Source: Odoribacter sp.
GTDB taxonomy: Bacteria > Bacteroidota > Bacteroidia > Bacteroidales > Marinifilaceae
Assembly: GCA_020024465.1 (NCBI GenBank)
Contig: JAHHTT010000006.1
Coordinates: forward strand, 1,071-65,070
Length of the DNA: 64,000 nucleotides
Reading direction: 5' to 3'
The notes under the pieces are model-generated. The model was given only the letters and a program-made list of their open reading frames with translations. It searched no databases and was not told the origin of the DNA. Shown one piece after another: positions 21,938 through 32,083 of this stretch. The position numbers and the translations under genes are program-made. Within the stretch, counting starts at the first letter, position 1, and each line of letters begins with the position of its first letter.

Positions 21938-23788
21938 ATGGACAAAAATACAATTATCGGTCTTGTAATCATTTTCCTGATACTAATAGGCTTTTCGTAC
22001 CTTAACCGCCCTAGTGAAGAACAACTACGGGAAATGCACAGACAAGACTCTATTGCCCAAATAGAACAACAAAAAATGAAAATTGCTGCAGCAAAACGAC
22101 AGCAAGAAATTGAAGCCACAACAAAAGGGAACTCAGATAGAGTTAAAAGTGACAGTGTATTCATGCAAGACAGCCTTAGCGAAGAACTTTACACATTGGA
22201 AAATGACAATATCAAACTGAATATCAGTTCTCGAGGAGGAAGAATTACCATTGTCAACTTAAAAAAATACCGTACACATGATTCGCTTCCTTTAATATTG
22301 TGGAAAGAAAATGAAAGTGTTTTAGGTATGAATTTTTATGCCCAAAATCAAGAGATCAACACTGAAAATTTCTTATTTGTACCTAGCACAACAACAAAAT
22401 CTCTTTACGCAAAGGAGCAACCTCAAACACTTGCTATGCGCTTATATGCCACAAGTGACAAATATATTGAATATCAATACACATTATCTCCTGACAGCTA
22501 TATAGTAGATTTTAACATCATTACTCATAACATGGGTGATGTAATTGCTACAAACTCATCTTTTCTGACTTTAAATTGGGGAATAAACATGCCACAATTG
22601 GAAAAGAGTAAAGATTTTGAAAATCGGTACACTGGGATATATTACAAGTTCTTTGAAGATGATGTTGAACACATGTCCCTAACATCAGATGAAGAAGAAA
22701 CATTAACCACAAAAATTCAGTGGATTGATTTTAAACAACAGTTTTTCTCCTCCATTCTCATTGCCAAGACACCTTTCAGTGATGTAACTCTTATATCAAA
22801 GAACAGTCAGGAAGCAGAATTTCTAAAAAATGCGTATGCTGAAATCCCTCTACCTTATAACGGTCAAACAAATGAGCAATATAATATGCAGTTCTTTTTC
22901 GGACCGAACTCATATAATATTCTGAAAGAGTATGGCAATGATATAGATCTGCCAGATGTTATCAACATGGGTTGGAAATGGATAGCTTGGTTCAACAAAT
23001 ATTTTGTAATCCCAATTTTTAACTTTTTACAGAACAACACGACATTAAACTATGGTATCATTATTTTATTACTGACACTGATTATCAAAATCATACTCCT
23101 CCCGCTGACTTACAAATCTTATATGTCTCAGGCAAGAATGCGTGTTTTAAAACCTCAAGTTGATGAAATCAGCAAAAAATATTCAGCAGACAAAGCCATG
23201 GAAAAACAGCAAGCAATCATGAAGCTGTATAGACAAGCAGGAGTTAACCCTATGGGTGGATGTTTACCCATGTTAATACAAATGCCCATCCTAATTGCCT
23301 TATTTTATTTTTTCCCCGGAGCCATTGAATTACGCCAGCAAGGATTTTTATGGGCAACCGACCTTGCATCATATGATTCAATTGCAACGTTGCCGTTCAC
23401 TATTCCATTTTACGGTGACCATGTAAGTTTATTCTGCCTATTAATGACAGCAACCAATATTGTTTATATGGTTATGAATAATCGCAATCAGCCACAAAAC
23501 GATCAAATGAAAGGCATGCAGACAATGATGTACATCATGCCGATTATGTTCTTGTTTATATTTAACAGCTACTCATCAGGCCTGAGTTATTATTATTTTA
23601 TTGCGACCCTAATTACCATTTTGCAGACATGGATCATCCGCAAATTTGTCAACGACCAAAAACTGCTTAAGCAAATTGAAATCGCCAAGACAAAACCAGT
23701 AAAAAAATCCAAATTCCAACAGCGTCTGGAAAGTATGCAAAAAGAACAACAAAGAAGATTGCGAGAACAGCAAAAAGGAAGAAAATAA
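21938..23788 (+). CDS. yidC: Membrane protein insertase YidC
   Basis: MDKNTIIGLVIIFLIL, periplasmic domain, GVNPMGGCLPMLIQMP. Confidence 0.96.
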   Translation: MDKNTIIGLVIIFLILIGFSYLNRPSEEQLREMHRQDSIAQIEQQKMKIAAAKRQQEIEATTKGNSDRVKSDSVFMQDSLSEELYTLENDNIKLNISSRGGRITIVNLKKYRTHDSLPLILWKENESVLGMNFYAQNQEINTENFLFVPSTTTKSLYAKEQPQTLAMRLYATSDKYIEYQYTLSPDSYIVDFNIITHNMGDVIATNSSFLTLNWGINMPQLEKSKDFENRYTGIYYKFFEDDVEHMSLTSDEEETLTTKIQWIDFKQQFFSSILIAKTPFSDVTLISKNSQEAEFLKNAYAEIPLPYNGQTNEQYNMQFFFGPNSYNILKEYGNDIDLPDVINMGWKWIAWFNKYFVIPIFNFLQNNTTLNYGIIILLLTLIIKIILLPLTYKSYMSQARMRVLKPQVDEISKKYSADKAMEKQQAIMKLYRQAGVNPMGGCLPMLIQMPILIALFYFFPGAIELRQQGFLWATDLASYDSIATLPFTIPFYGDHVSLFCLLMTATNIVYMVMNNRNQPQNDQMKGMQTMMYIMPIMFLFIFNSYSSGLSYYYFIATLITILQTWIIRKFVNDQKLLKQIEIAKTKPVKKSKFQQRLESMQKEQQRRLREQQKGRK

Positions 23789-23799
23789 ACACTTTCGTA

Positions 23800-23837
23800 T
23801 GACAAAATGACAAAAAAACTTTTGGCATACAATTTGA
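23800..23837 (+). promoter_or_regulatory. Sigma54-type promoter (TGGCATA-N4-TTGA) with upstream TGACA-AAA-TGACA box, before ferritin
   Basis: -24/-12 spacing matches the TGGCACG-N4-TTGC consensus; no TAnnTTTG found in this spacer. Confidence 0.55.
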
Positions 23838-23873
23838 CTATATAACAAATATAATGATTAAAACTTTAATGTT

Positions 23874-24356
23874 ATGCTCTCAGAAAAACTACAACAAGCA
23901 CTAAACGACCAAATCACAGCAGAATTATGGTCTGCAAATCTCTACTTATCTATGTCATTCCATATGGAAAAAGAAGGTTTTACAGGCTTTGCAAATTGGT
24001 TAAAAAAACAATCACAAGAAGAAGTGGGTCATGCTTATGAAATAGCAAGCTATATTATGCAACGTGGAGGAATCGCCAAAGTTGACAAAATTGATGTTGT
24101 TCCAACAGGCTGGGGAAGTCCGTTAGAAGTTTTCAAACATGTTTATGAACACGAATGTCACGTATCTCATTTGATTGACGGATTAATTGAAATAGCACAT
24201 GCAGAAAAAGACAATGCGACACAAAATTTTTTATGGGGTTTTGTCAAAGAACAAGTAGAAGAAGAATCAACAGTACAAGGAATTGTAGACAGATTACAAA
24301 AAGCCGGAGAATCTGCCATTTTCTATGTTGATGCGCAACTAGGAGCAAGGGAATAA
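23874..24356 (+). CDS. ftnA: Non-heme ferritin
   Basis: ALNDQITAELWSANLYLSMS, QSQEEVGHA, FVKEQVEEE ferroxidase residues. Confidence 0.93.
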   Translation: MLSEKLQQALNDQITAELWSANLYLSMSFHMEKEGFTGFANWLKKQSQEEVGHAYEIASYIMQRGGIAKVDKIDVVPTGWGSPLEVFKHVYEHECHVSHLIDGLIEIAHAEKDNATQNFLWGFVKEQVEEESTVQGIVDRLQKAGESAIFYVDAQLGARE

Positions 24357-24375
24357 CCGATTTCACAAAATAAAG

Positions 24376-24408
24376 AAAACTGTCTTGGAAAATCCAGACA
24401 GTTTTTTT
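24376..24408 (+). terminator. Ferritin terminator
   Basis: AAAACTGTCT...AGACAGTTTT plus T-run. Confidence 0.8.
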
Positions 24409-24432
24409 GTATTTCCGTATTAAATTTAACTT

Positions 24433-24699
24433 ATGAAAAAAATCAATATCTGGTTCCTAATTATTTCACTTATTCTTTTGCTTACTGCTTGTTCAATCCT
24501 ATCAATGAGTTCTGTTGCAAGTAATTATCGTTTTTCTTTTGTCGCCATGAACCCATGGAATGGAATCGAAGGGATAGCTTTTACAATCGGCTACTTTCTT
24601 CACACAGACAAAAATACCAGTATGTTAATCGGTATAGGTCTACTCCTCATCATGTGGTGGAGACTCTATCTGTTGCTAAGACGCACTTTCGGACGATAA
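24433..24699 (+). CDS. Small hypothetical membrane protein
   Basis: 88 aa with two to three hydrophobic segments and an MKK start. Confidence 0.55.
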   Translation: MKKINIWFLIISLILLLTACSILSMSSVASNYRFSFVAMNPWNGIEGIAFTIGYFLHTDKNTSMLIGIGLLLIMWWRLYLLLRRTFGR

Positions 24700-24772
24700 A
24701 TCCATTTACAAAACTGATTATTACGATTATTTTCTGTAATTTTGCCCAAAGAAAGACTTTTAATTCCAAGAT

Positions 24773-25951
24773 ATGAGAAAAGACGAAAGATATAATAAAC
24801 GCGGAGTATCAGCATCTAAAGAAGATGTTCACAACGCTATTAAAAACATTGATAAAGGTATATTTCCCCGTGCATTCTGCAAGATTGTCCCTGATTTTTT
24901 AGGTGGAGACAAGAATTATTGCAATATCATGCATGCTGATGGTGCCGGAACAAAATCATCGTTAGCATATCTATATTGGAAAGAAACAGGAGATTTGTCT
25001 GTATGGAAGGGCATCGCCCAAGATGCATTAATCATGAATATTGATGATTTATTATGTGTAGGCGCTGTGGATAATATTTTACTTTCTTCCACAATTGGAC
25101 GTAATAAAAATCTAATTCCAGGAGAAGTTATTTCAGCAATTATCAATGGGACTGAAGAATTATTAACCGAATATCGCAAATTAGGAGTTAACATCTACTC
25201 CACAGGAGGAGAAACCGCAGACGTCGGCGACTTGGTCCGTACTATCATTGTCGATTCTACAGTAACCTGCCGCATGAAACGAGATGAAGTCATTGACAAT
25301 GCAAATATCCATCCTGGAGATGTTATTGTAGGCCTATCTTCCTTTGGACAGGCTAGTTATGAAAGTGAATACAATGGCGGCATGGGCTCAAATGGTCTGA
25401 CTTCGGCTCGCCACGATGTATTCTCTAAATACTTGGCAGAAAAATATCCGGAAAGTTATGACAATAATGTACCCAAAGAATTAGTGTATACAGGCAATTG
25501 TCAACTAACAGATACAGTAAAAGGCACAGAAATCAATGCCGGAAAATTAGTGTTATCACCAACCCGTACATATGCTCCTGTAATAAAAGCCATATTGGAT
25601 AAATACAGAAAAAAAATACATGGCATGATACACTGTTCTGGCGGAGCACAAACCAAAATAATGAACTTTGTAGAAAACATGCATATCATAAAAAACAATA
25701 TGTTTCCGGTTCCGCCCTTATTTCAATTAATACAAGAACAATCTGCTACTCCTTGGGAAGAAATGTACAAAGTGTTTAATATGGGACACCGAATGGAAAT
25801 CTATATTGATGAAGATTTAGCAAAAGATATTATTACTATCTCCAAGAGCTTCAATATTGATGCACAAATCATCGGACGCTGCTATCACAACGATGAGGGA
25901 GCAGGAAACAAACTCACAATAATCAGTGAATTCGGAGAATTTACATACTGA
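24773..25951 (+). CDS. purM: Phosphoribosylformylglycinamidine cyclo-ligase (AIR synthase, Bacteroidetes type)
   Basis: RYNKRGVSASKEDVH, MHADGAGTKS, GGETAD, FNMGHRME. Confidence 0.92.
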   Translation: MRKDERYNKRGVSASKEDVHNAIKNIDKGIFPRAFCKIVPDFLGGDKNYCNIMHADGAGTKSSLAYLYWKETGDLSVWKGIAQDALIMNIDDLLCVGAVDNILLSSTIGRNKNLIPGEVISAIINGTEELLTEYRKLGVNIYSTGGETADVGDLVRTIIVDSTVTCRMKRDEVIDNANIHPGDVIVGLSSFGQASYESEYNGGMGSNGLTSARHDVFSKYLAEKYPESYDNNVPKELVYTGNCQLTDTVKGTEINAGKLVLSPTRTYAPVIKAILDKYRKKIHGMIHCSGGAQTKIMNFVENMHIIKNNMFPVPPLFQLIQEQSATPWEEMYKVFNMGHRMEIYIDEDLAKDIITISKSFNIDAQIIGRCYHNDEGAGNKLTIISEFGEFTY

Positions 25952-25985
25952 ACCGTAGATTAATTCCCAATATTACAATATAGAC

Positions 25986-26015
25986 AACAAAGGGATGTGG
26001 AAGCATCCCTTTGTT
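25986..26015. terminator. Bidirectional terminator between purM and the AsmA-like gene
   Basis: AACAAAGGGATG-TGGAAG-CATCCCTTTGTT between convergent genes. Confidence 0.8.
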
Positions 26016-26019
26016 CTTT

Positions 26020-29000
26020 TTATTTAACTTTCAGCATATCTCGAATACGTTGCTTTAAATTCAGCTGTGTACTATCTACTTTTGTCCGTTTCGATGGCAT
26101 AAATAAATCTTTATACTTAGCTTTCCTTAGTCTAAATTTCATTTTATCAAGATTACCAAAAACATCTAAACCTGCACGGAAAGGCAGAGGGGATTTTAGA
26201 ATAGAAATATGATATTTAAATGTCATATCAATATTATGTTCTCCACCAACAGCTGCTTTATAACGGTCTATTTCCACCATAAAAGGGAAAATCTCCACAG
26301 TACCATCTTTTATTGCCAGCTCAACAGATATACTGTCTATCATATTACGTTCTTTATTTTTAAACATTAACATTTTAGATATTTCAGCAAAAGTTTCTCC
26401 ATCCATCAAAACCATATTCCGCCCATCCAAATAAGCTGCACCACGCAATGATGCCAAATCAATCATTAACGTAGAGTCCAACCAAGCATCAGCAGCAATA
26501 TGAAAATCGACAGAGCCTGCAAACGAACGCAACATCGGAAACAATGTATCCAAATCAGGCATCAAATGAATCAAACTATCTACTTGAATATCATGCATCT
26601 GTAAAGCAAATCCAGTATAAGCTTTCACTGTATCCGTTGCACGATAAACAGCAGACGTACTCATATCAGCAGCAGATGACTTCAATACCAAATCCTCTAA
26701 TTGTATACATTGGTTTCTAACAACGACCTCTCCATGAACACTATCCAAGTCAATTTTACTGAATTTCACTCTGCCAACATCCATCTGAAACGTAAAATCC
26801 ACCCTTGGCGGTACCACAAAAAGCGAACTTCCAGAATTGGCAGAAAGAGTATCATTAAGTACATTGACCTCCTTCATATCATCCACCTCTCCATTGTCAG
26901 TAATTGCATCACGATATCCTGTAGCCACTTTATTTGTATATTCTGTACCAGCTTCCAGTGCCTTCATCAATTGATTGCAATTAATCATGCGCGAACTTAC
27001 CAATAACTCTCCTCGCAACGTATCCTTTTTATAAAATGTACGTGCTAAATTTGTAATCTTACCAGTCAAACGCATATCAGAATTTCCTACTTTAGCAACA
27101 GCCGAATCCAACTGTATTTCATTAAAATTAAAATGGAGACGAGTACCCGGCATTTTTATCAACAAAGGGAAATAAGGTGTATAGGCTTGCATCCCGACAA
27201 AATCAACATAACCAGCAGGCAACCATACTTTACGATTTTGAGAATTCTGCACAGCATCTACTTGAAATTTTGCATGGACCATATTCAACCGATTGCCCGA
27301 CATACGCATTCTTAAACTATCAACGACAATGTTGCTATGTATTTCGGGTATCTTATTATTACCTTTAAAAGGCTCCAAACGAGCATTAACTATTGCTTCC
27401 TTCAATCCCATCAATAAGGTATCTCGTATAATGAAAATCGTTCGCCCTAATTTTATATTTGAACTCATAGAAGCAACTGCTGTTGTGTCACGCAATGGTG
27501 AAGTTTTAACAGTCAACCAAGTGGTATCCATTAGTAAGCGTACTTTATTTTTTACATGAATATCCAAACCAGAATATCCCACTAAACCATTCAGCAAATC
27601 TTTTCCTTGCAATATTCGTCGATTTTTTTGATTAGAAGCAAAAGCGATTCTTGCATTTCGAATCTTAGCGACAATACTATCTTGTGGTATAAAAATTTCT
27701 ACATTTTCCGCTTGAGCACCTCCTCCTGCAAACACTTTTCCATAGTCTCCATTCTGAATATTCCTCAGTAACATTTTCCCTTGCAATCCGACATTTAAGA
27801 CACCTGTACAAATTACACCATCAGCCAACGGAAAGACTTTCATAAAATCTCCTAAATTCACCTCAGCATCAATTTTAGTTTCCACTAACGGATTCGTCAG
27901 TAAATGCTCTACTTTCCCCTCTACAGCAATTTCAGACTCCCCTCCTTTTACTTTCAACTGTTGCAATTGTATATACGAATCGTGCCGCTTTTCCAAATCA
28001 ACAAAAGCTTTTAACTCCATATTCAGTGTATCAATTTGCGAAGGCATATCCGGATAAGCAATAAAGCCATCTGCCACTTTAAATTCAGCAAACAATTGAG
28101 GAATGTTCTGCTTCCCATATAAACCGGAAATGGTCCCTTTACACACAACAGTACCTCTCACATTTATATCTTCTGATTTTTTTAATACAGAGGTCGGTAC
28201 CAAATCAAGCAAAGTCTTTAATGACGGGATATGAATCCCATATGCTAAATTAACTTCTAAAACTTTCAATTCAGGATTTCCACGTAAAGTTCCATCAGCA
28301 CCGAAACGCACCCCATTTACATCAAAAACAGTTTTTTCCAATATATATAATGAAGAATCTCTATCAATTTTCATCCCGGTCTCCATACCCAACGCCAAGT
28401 GATTTATCAATAGCTTCCCATTATTCCAAAACAAAACATTTTTTGTAGAGCAATTTAGTCTCAAATGGGAACATCTTTTTCTGAGAAAACCATCCACTGA
28501 TAAATCCAATCCCTCCACTTTAGCATATAAAGATGTACTTCTATCATCAAAAATTAAATCTCCATTATTGATATGCACATTTTTCAATCGAATGCCTGAT
28601 GCCAAATCAGACGAATCGCTCTGCAATGAATTCATTGCAGATGAATCCACAGTTACTGTATCTGGCAATATAATATTCCAGTTAGCAATTCCTGTTGAAT
28701 CCACAAAAGCATATATCGTCGGCTCATTCAAGACAAAATCTTTAATTATTATATGTTTCTTATATAAATAGGCGAACGGATTAAACGTTACCAAACAAGA
28801 CTTTAGCTTCATCAACGAATCACAAGCAACTGTTTCCGAATATTTATTTGCTCTCAATACTTTTGAAACAACTGAAGCATCGGTTATCTTCAAACCGAAA
28901 TCTGGGAAAGTTGAAAAGAAAGTCAATTCTATTTTTCCAAATCGTAATTCAACATTCAGATATTCTGCCACCACATTCTCCACGAATGGTGTTAATTTTT

Positions 29001-29127
29001 CCGAAGTAAATACAAAATTAACAATGATTCCTATTGTTAAAATCAAAACGATAATTATTCCCAAAATACTCCATCGTATCCATTTCAAAATACGTCGTCC
29101 TAACGTTTTTTTTATACTCTTAGACAT
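26020..29127 (-). CDS. AsmA family protein
   Basis: N-terminal TM anchor, LTFFSTFPDFGL, long beta-rich body, AsmA-like C-terminus (GGEHNIDMTFKYHISILKSPLPF). Confidence 0.8.
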   Translation of the reverse strand: MSKSIKKTLGRRILKWIRWSILGIIIVLILTIGIIVNFVFTSEKLTPFVENVVAEYLNVELRFGKIELTFFSTFPDFGLKITDASVVSKVLRANKYSETVACDSLMKLKSCLVTFNPFAYLYKKHIIIKDFVLNEPTIYAFVDSTGIANWNIILPDTVTVDSSAMNSLQSDSSDLASGIRLKNVHINNGDLIFDDRSTSLYAKVEGLDLSVDGFLRKRCSHLRLNCSTKNVLFWNNGKLLINHLALGMETGMKIDRDSSLYILEKTVFDVNGVRFGADGTLRGNPELKVLEVNLAYGIHIPSLKTLLDLVPTSVLKKSEDINVRGTVVCKGTISGLYGKQNIPQLFAEFKVADGFIAYPDMPSQIDTLNMELKAFVDLEKRHDSYIQLQQLKVKGGESEIAVEGKVEHLLTNPLVETKIDAEVNLGDFMKVFPLADGVICTGVLNVGLQGKMLLRNIQNGDYGKVFAGGGAQAENVEIFIPQDSIVAKIRNARIAFASNQKNRRILQGKDLLNGLVGYSGLDIHVKNKVRLLMDTTWLTVKTSPLRDTTAVASMSSNIKLGRTIFIIRDTLLMGLKEAIVNARLEPFKGNNKIPEIHSNIVVDSLRMRMSGNRLNMVHAKFQVDAVQNSQNRKVWLPAGYVDFVGMQAYTPYFPLLIKMPGTRLHFNFNEIQLDSAVAKVGNSDMRLTGKITNLARTFYKKDTLRGELLVSSRMINCNQLMKALEAGTEYTNKVATGYRDAITDNGEVDDMKEVNVLNDTLSANSGSSLFVVPPRVDFTFQMDVGRVKFSKIDLDSVHGEVVVRNQCIQLEDLVLKSSAADMSTSAVYRATDTVKAYTGFALQMHDIQVDSLIHLMPDLDTLFPMLRSFAGSVDFHIAADAWLDSTLMIDLASLRGAAYLDGRNMVLMDGETFAEISKMLMFKNKERNMIDSISVELAIKDGTVEIFPFMVEIDRYKAAVGGEHNIDMTFKYHISILKSPLPFRAGLDVFGNLDKMKFRLRKAKYKDLFMPSKRTKVDSTQLNLKQRIRDMLKVK

Positions 29128-29136
29128 GCCTCTATT

Positions 29137-30285
29137 TTAATACATCAAATACTTTTCTCGTATGCGTTTAAACTCTTCCAATTGAGGTTGCCAAGAAGCC
29201 CGGATTTCAAATTCGCTCTTACCAGCTTCAATATCTTTACGCAACTGCCCTGTTCCTACCAACTTTTCAAAAAAAGGCAAGAAAAAAGCATTTTCACCAG
29301 TATAATTCTTATAAGCCACCAACAACCAATCCAATCGCAAGCGTTTCCCAGCCTTCACCTCATCATATTGGTTTCTCAAATCCATCCCATAACATTCTTG
29401 CTCCATACATTTAGGAGATTTACTCATCCCTGGAATACTATGGGGAATAAACTTATAAGGCATATTTTTCAAATCTGGATGTCCAAACACTTGAAAAGGA
29501 ATCAACGTTCCTCTCCCTTCATTTACTACCGTACCTTCAAACAAACAAGTCGAAGGATAAAGCATCACTGAAATACTGTCAGGCAAATTAGGAGATGGCT
29601 TACGAGGCAATTTATAAATCATATTTCGTGTCCATCCCTGACACGGAATGACACTCAACTTACAATACATTCCATTTTTCAGCCATCTTTCTCCATTAAT
29701 CATCTGAGCATATTCTCCTATTGTCATTCCATAAACAATAGGCACTGGATGCATTCCAACAAATGAAGAATACTTCATTTCCAACACAGGTCCATCTATA
29801 TAAAAAGCATTCGGGTTTGGACGATCCATCACAATTAAAGCAATTTCATTTTCTGCACAAGCCTCCATCACATAATGAAGAGTAGAAAGATATGTATAAA
29901 AACGCACTCCAACATCTTGCATATCGAACACGACAACATCCAAACCTGCCAAATCCGCAACAGAAGGTTTTTTCTTTTTCCCATATAGAGAAATAACCGG
30001 AAGACCCGTCACATTATCTTTATAATCTCCGACAATTTCTCCAGCATCGGCATCTCCTCGAAACCCATGCTCAGGACAAAAAATACGCACAATTTCCATC
30101 CCTTTCTTCTGCAAAAAATCAACTATATGCTTATCACCGACAACAGCCGTCTGATTTGTAACAATTCCTATTTTCTTTCCTGTAAGCAATGTTTTATATA
30201 ACTCAAAATTAGCACTACCGGGAGATACAGCTTCTACTTTCCCATAAAAAAACAGAAAAATAACCAATATAAATATATTTTTCAT
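29137..30285 (-). CDS. Exo-beta-N-acetylmuramidase NamZ (DUF1343) family
   Basis: GIVTNQT, PEHGFRG, DMQDVGVRFYTY, DRPNP, PSPNLP, EGRGT. Confidence 0.92.
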   Translation of the reverse strand: MKNIFILVIFLFFYGKVEAVSPGSANFELYKTLLTGKKIGIVTNQTAVVGDKHIVDFLQKKGMEIVRIFCPEHGFRGDADAGEIVGDYKDNVTGLPVISLYGKKKKPSVADLAGLDVVVFDMQDVGVRFYTYLSTLHYVMEACAENEIALIVMDRPNPNAFYIDGPVLEMKYSSFVGMHPVPIVYGMTIGEYAQMINGERWLKNGMYCKLSVIPCQGWTRNMIYKLPRKPSPNLPDSISVMLYPSTCLFEGTVVNEGRGTLIPFQVFGHPDLKNMPYKFIPHSIPGMSKSPKCMEQECYGMDLRNQYDEVKAGKRLRLDWLLVAYKNYTGENAFFLPFFEKLVGTGQLRKDIEAGKSEFEIRASWQPQLEEFKRIREKYLMY

Positions 30286-30287
30286 GA

Positions 30288-31304
30288 TTATTCTTTTTCT
30301 TCAGGCAAATCAATATTCATAGAATAAACAATACTTTCAACTTGACGTAACAAATTACGTTTTTTACCATCTGGAGCATAAACATACCCCATCATATAAA
30401 GAATACGATTGTTCTTTTGATCAAGCACCACATTCAACACAAAAGGTCCTCCCATATAATCATTTTCTACCTGCCATAAACCTTTAATTAGTAATGCATA
30501 ATGTTTACCGGCAAATTGATAATTAGCAGCACTCATGGGAGTTACCAAATCAAGTGCCATCCAAGTACTATCCAAAGGTCCCGGTATAAACTCTTTCAAT
30601 TTCTCACTCACTTCATCCAAAATCACCTGATAGTCCAATTGGCTGGCACTTTCATATGGTTCTTCAAAAAAAATAAAACCGCGACTATCCACTCTTGTCT
30701 CGTACGAAGCCCATACAAAATCTGCTGTATCCTTATTAATATTATATCCGCCAGGACAATAAAGCAACAGACGATATTCATCCCTGAAAGTATTAAACAC
30801 TTTTGTATTTGGAGAACTCTTATAGATATCAATCAGTCGATCACGTTCTGCCGCCAGAAATACTCTCATAATCTTTTCTTTATTAGCATCAAATATCTTA
30901 TAAAAAGCTTCTTCCGTCGGTGCTACAATTCTAAATACTTTCTGAGAACGTGCCCAAGGACTATCTGAATAGGTAATACTCGCAGAGTCAATACTACTTT
31001 TTAACGATACAATCAACACATTCCGATGAGCTTTGACCGTTTTGTCGAAATTGGATATTGGCAGACTAATCAAGTCAAAAACAGGTTCTCCTTGCGGCAA
31101 TCCCATCTGTGGCTGTCCAAAATAAGCTCGTATAGAATCTCCGATGGGACCATTCCAACGAACTTTCGGTGTAATCACCAATACTTCATTAACAGAACCG
31201 GTTACAGCTTGTAAAACAGCTTTCCTACCATCTCCTTCCTTACATGAAATCACCCCCAAAAGCAACCCCATCAGCAAAATAACTAATACTTTTTTCATAA
31301 CCAT
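30288..31304 (-). CDS. DUF4837 family lipoprotein
   Basis: Lipobox VISC, GLPQGEPVF, GLWQVENDYMGGPF...GYVYAP...KRNL. Confidence 0.8.
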   Translation of the reverse strand: MVMKKVLVILLMGLLLGVISCKEGDGRKAVLQAVTGSVNEVLVITPKVRWNGPIGDSIRAYFGQPQMGLPQGEPVFDLISLPISNFDKTVKAHRNVLIVSLKSSIDSASITYSDSPWARSQKVFRIVAPTEEAFYKIFDANKEKIMRVFLAAERDRLIDIYKSSPNTKVFNTFRDEYRLLLYCPGGYNINKDTADFVWASYETRVDSRGFIFFEEPYESASQLDYQVILDEVSEKLKEFIPGPLDSTWMALDLVTPMSAANYQFAGKHYALLIKGLWQVENDYMGGPFVLNVVLDQKNNRILYMMGYVYAPDGKKRNLLRQVESIVYSMNIDLPEEKE

Positions 31305-31309
31305 TTATT

Positions 31310-32083
31310 TTATTGTACTATTACCTTACTTTCATTCGGCACCAATAGAGCCTTCACCGAACCTATCAATATTTTAGCTTCCACAAGCAAAGGCAAACGA
31401 TATTCATCCTTACTGACCCACACCTTCATTCCCTCACCTCCTTTAAACACCTTTCCCTCCACTAACAACGGTGAAAAAATATAACACTCCCTTTTCTGAC
31501 CTGCAACTTTTGTTTTACCTATACCCAAATAACGGATATACAAATCATATATTTTACTGTCTATCAATATTCGTATTGGTATCAAATCATTTTTTTTATA
31601 TTTATCAAATTCCAATTCTCGAGTCATCCAAGCTACTGAAAGCATATCATACGTATCAGCTTTTAAAGGCACGGTATCCGTTTTGCGATATCTCCCTATT
31701 CTATGAACATCACCAACAACCAAAGAATCAACGTATTGAAATTTATAATCAAATGTTTTATGATAATTACCCTCATGTGCTTTCCGTGAAAATTCGTATG
31801 GAAAATATGTGTTTTCATCATAATGTGAAATCAAAGTATCTCTAACAGTAAATACCCAATCCCAAGATGGCAATGAAAAGCCTACAGCTTCTAGTTTTTG
31901 AGCATTGGAATATTTATCTGATCGAGACAAAGAAAATTCAACTCTGCCAGCCTTTACCCAAATTACCCCCCAATTGTAGTAACCATCATATACTAATTTT
32001 TCTATAGGCGGATACTTTGACTGAGCTATCAACGATAAACCTAAAGCCCATACAAACCCCCACAAGCAAATCACTCGTTTCAT
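31310..32083 (-). CDS. DUF3108 family secreted protein
   Basis: Signal peptide, EKLVY..YYNWGVIWVKAG, WVSKDEYRLPL...IGSVKA. Confidence 0.75.
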   Translation of the reverse strand: MKRVICLWGFVWALGLSLIAQSKYPPIEKLVYDGYYNWGVIWVKAGRVEFSLSRSDKYSNAQKLEAVGFSLPSWDWVFTVRDTLISHYDENTYFPYEFSRKAHEGNYHKTFDYKFQYVDSLVVGDVHRIGRYRKTDTVPLKADTYDMLSVAWMTRELEFDKYKKNDLIPIRILIDSKIYDLYIRYLGIGKTKVAGQKRECYIFSPLLVEGKVFKGGEGMKVWVSKDEYRLPLLVEAKILIGSVKALLVPNESKVIVQ

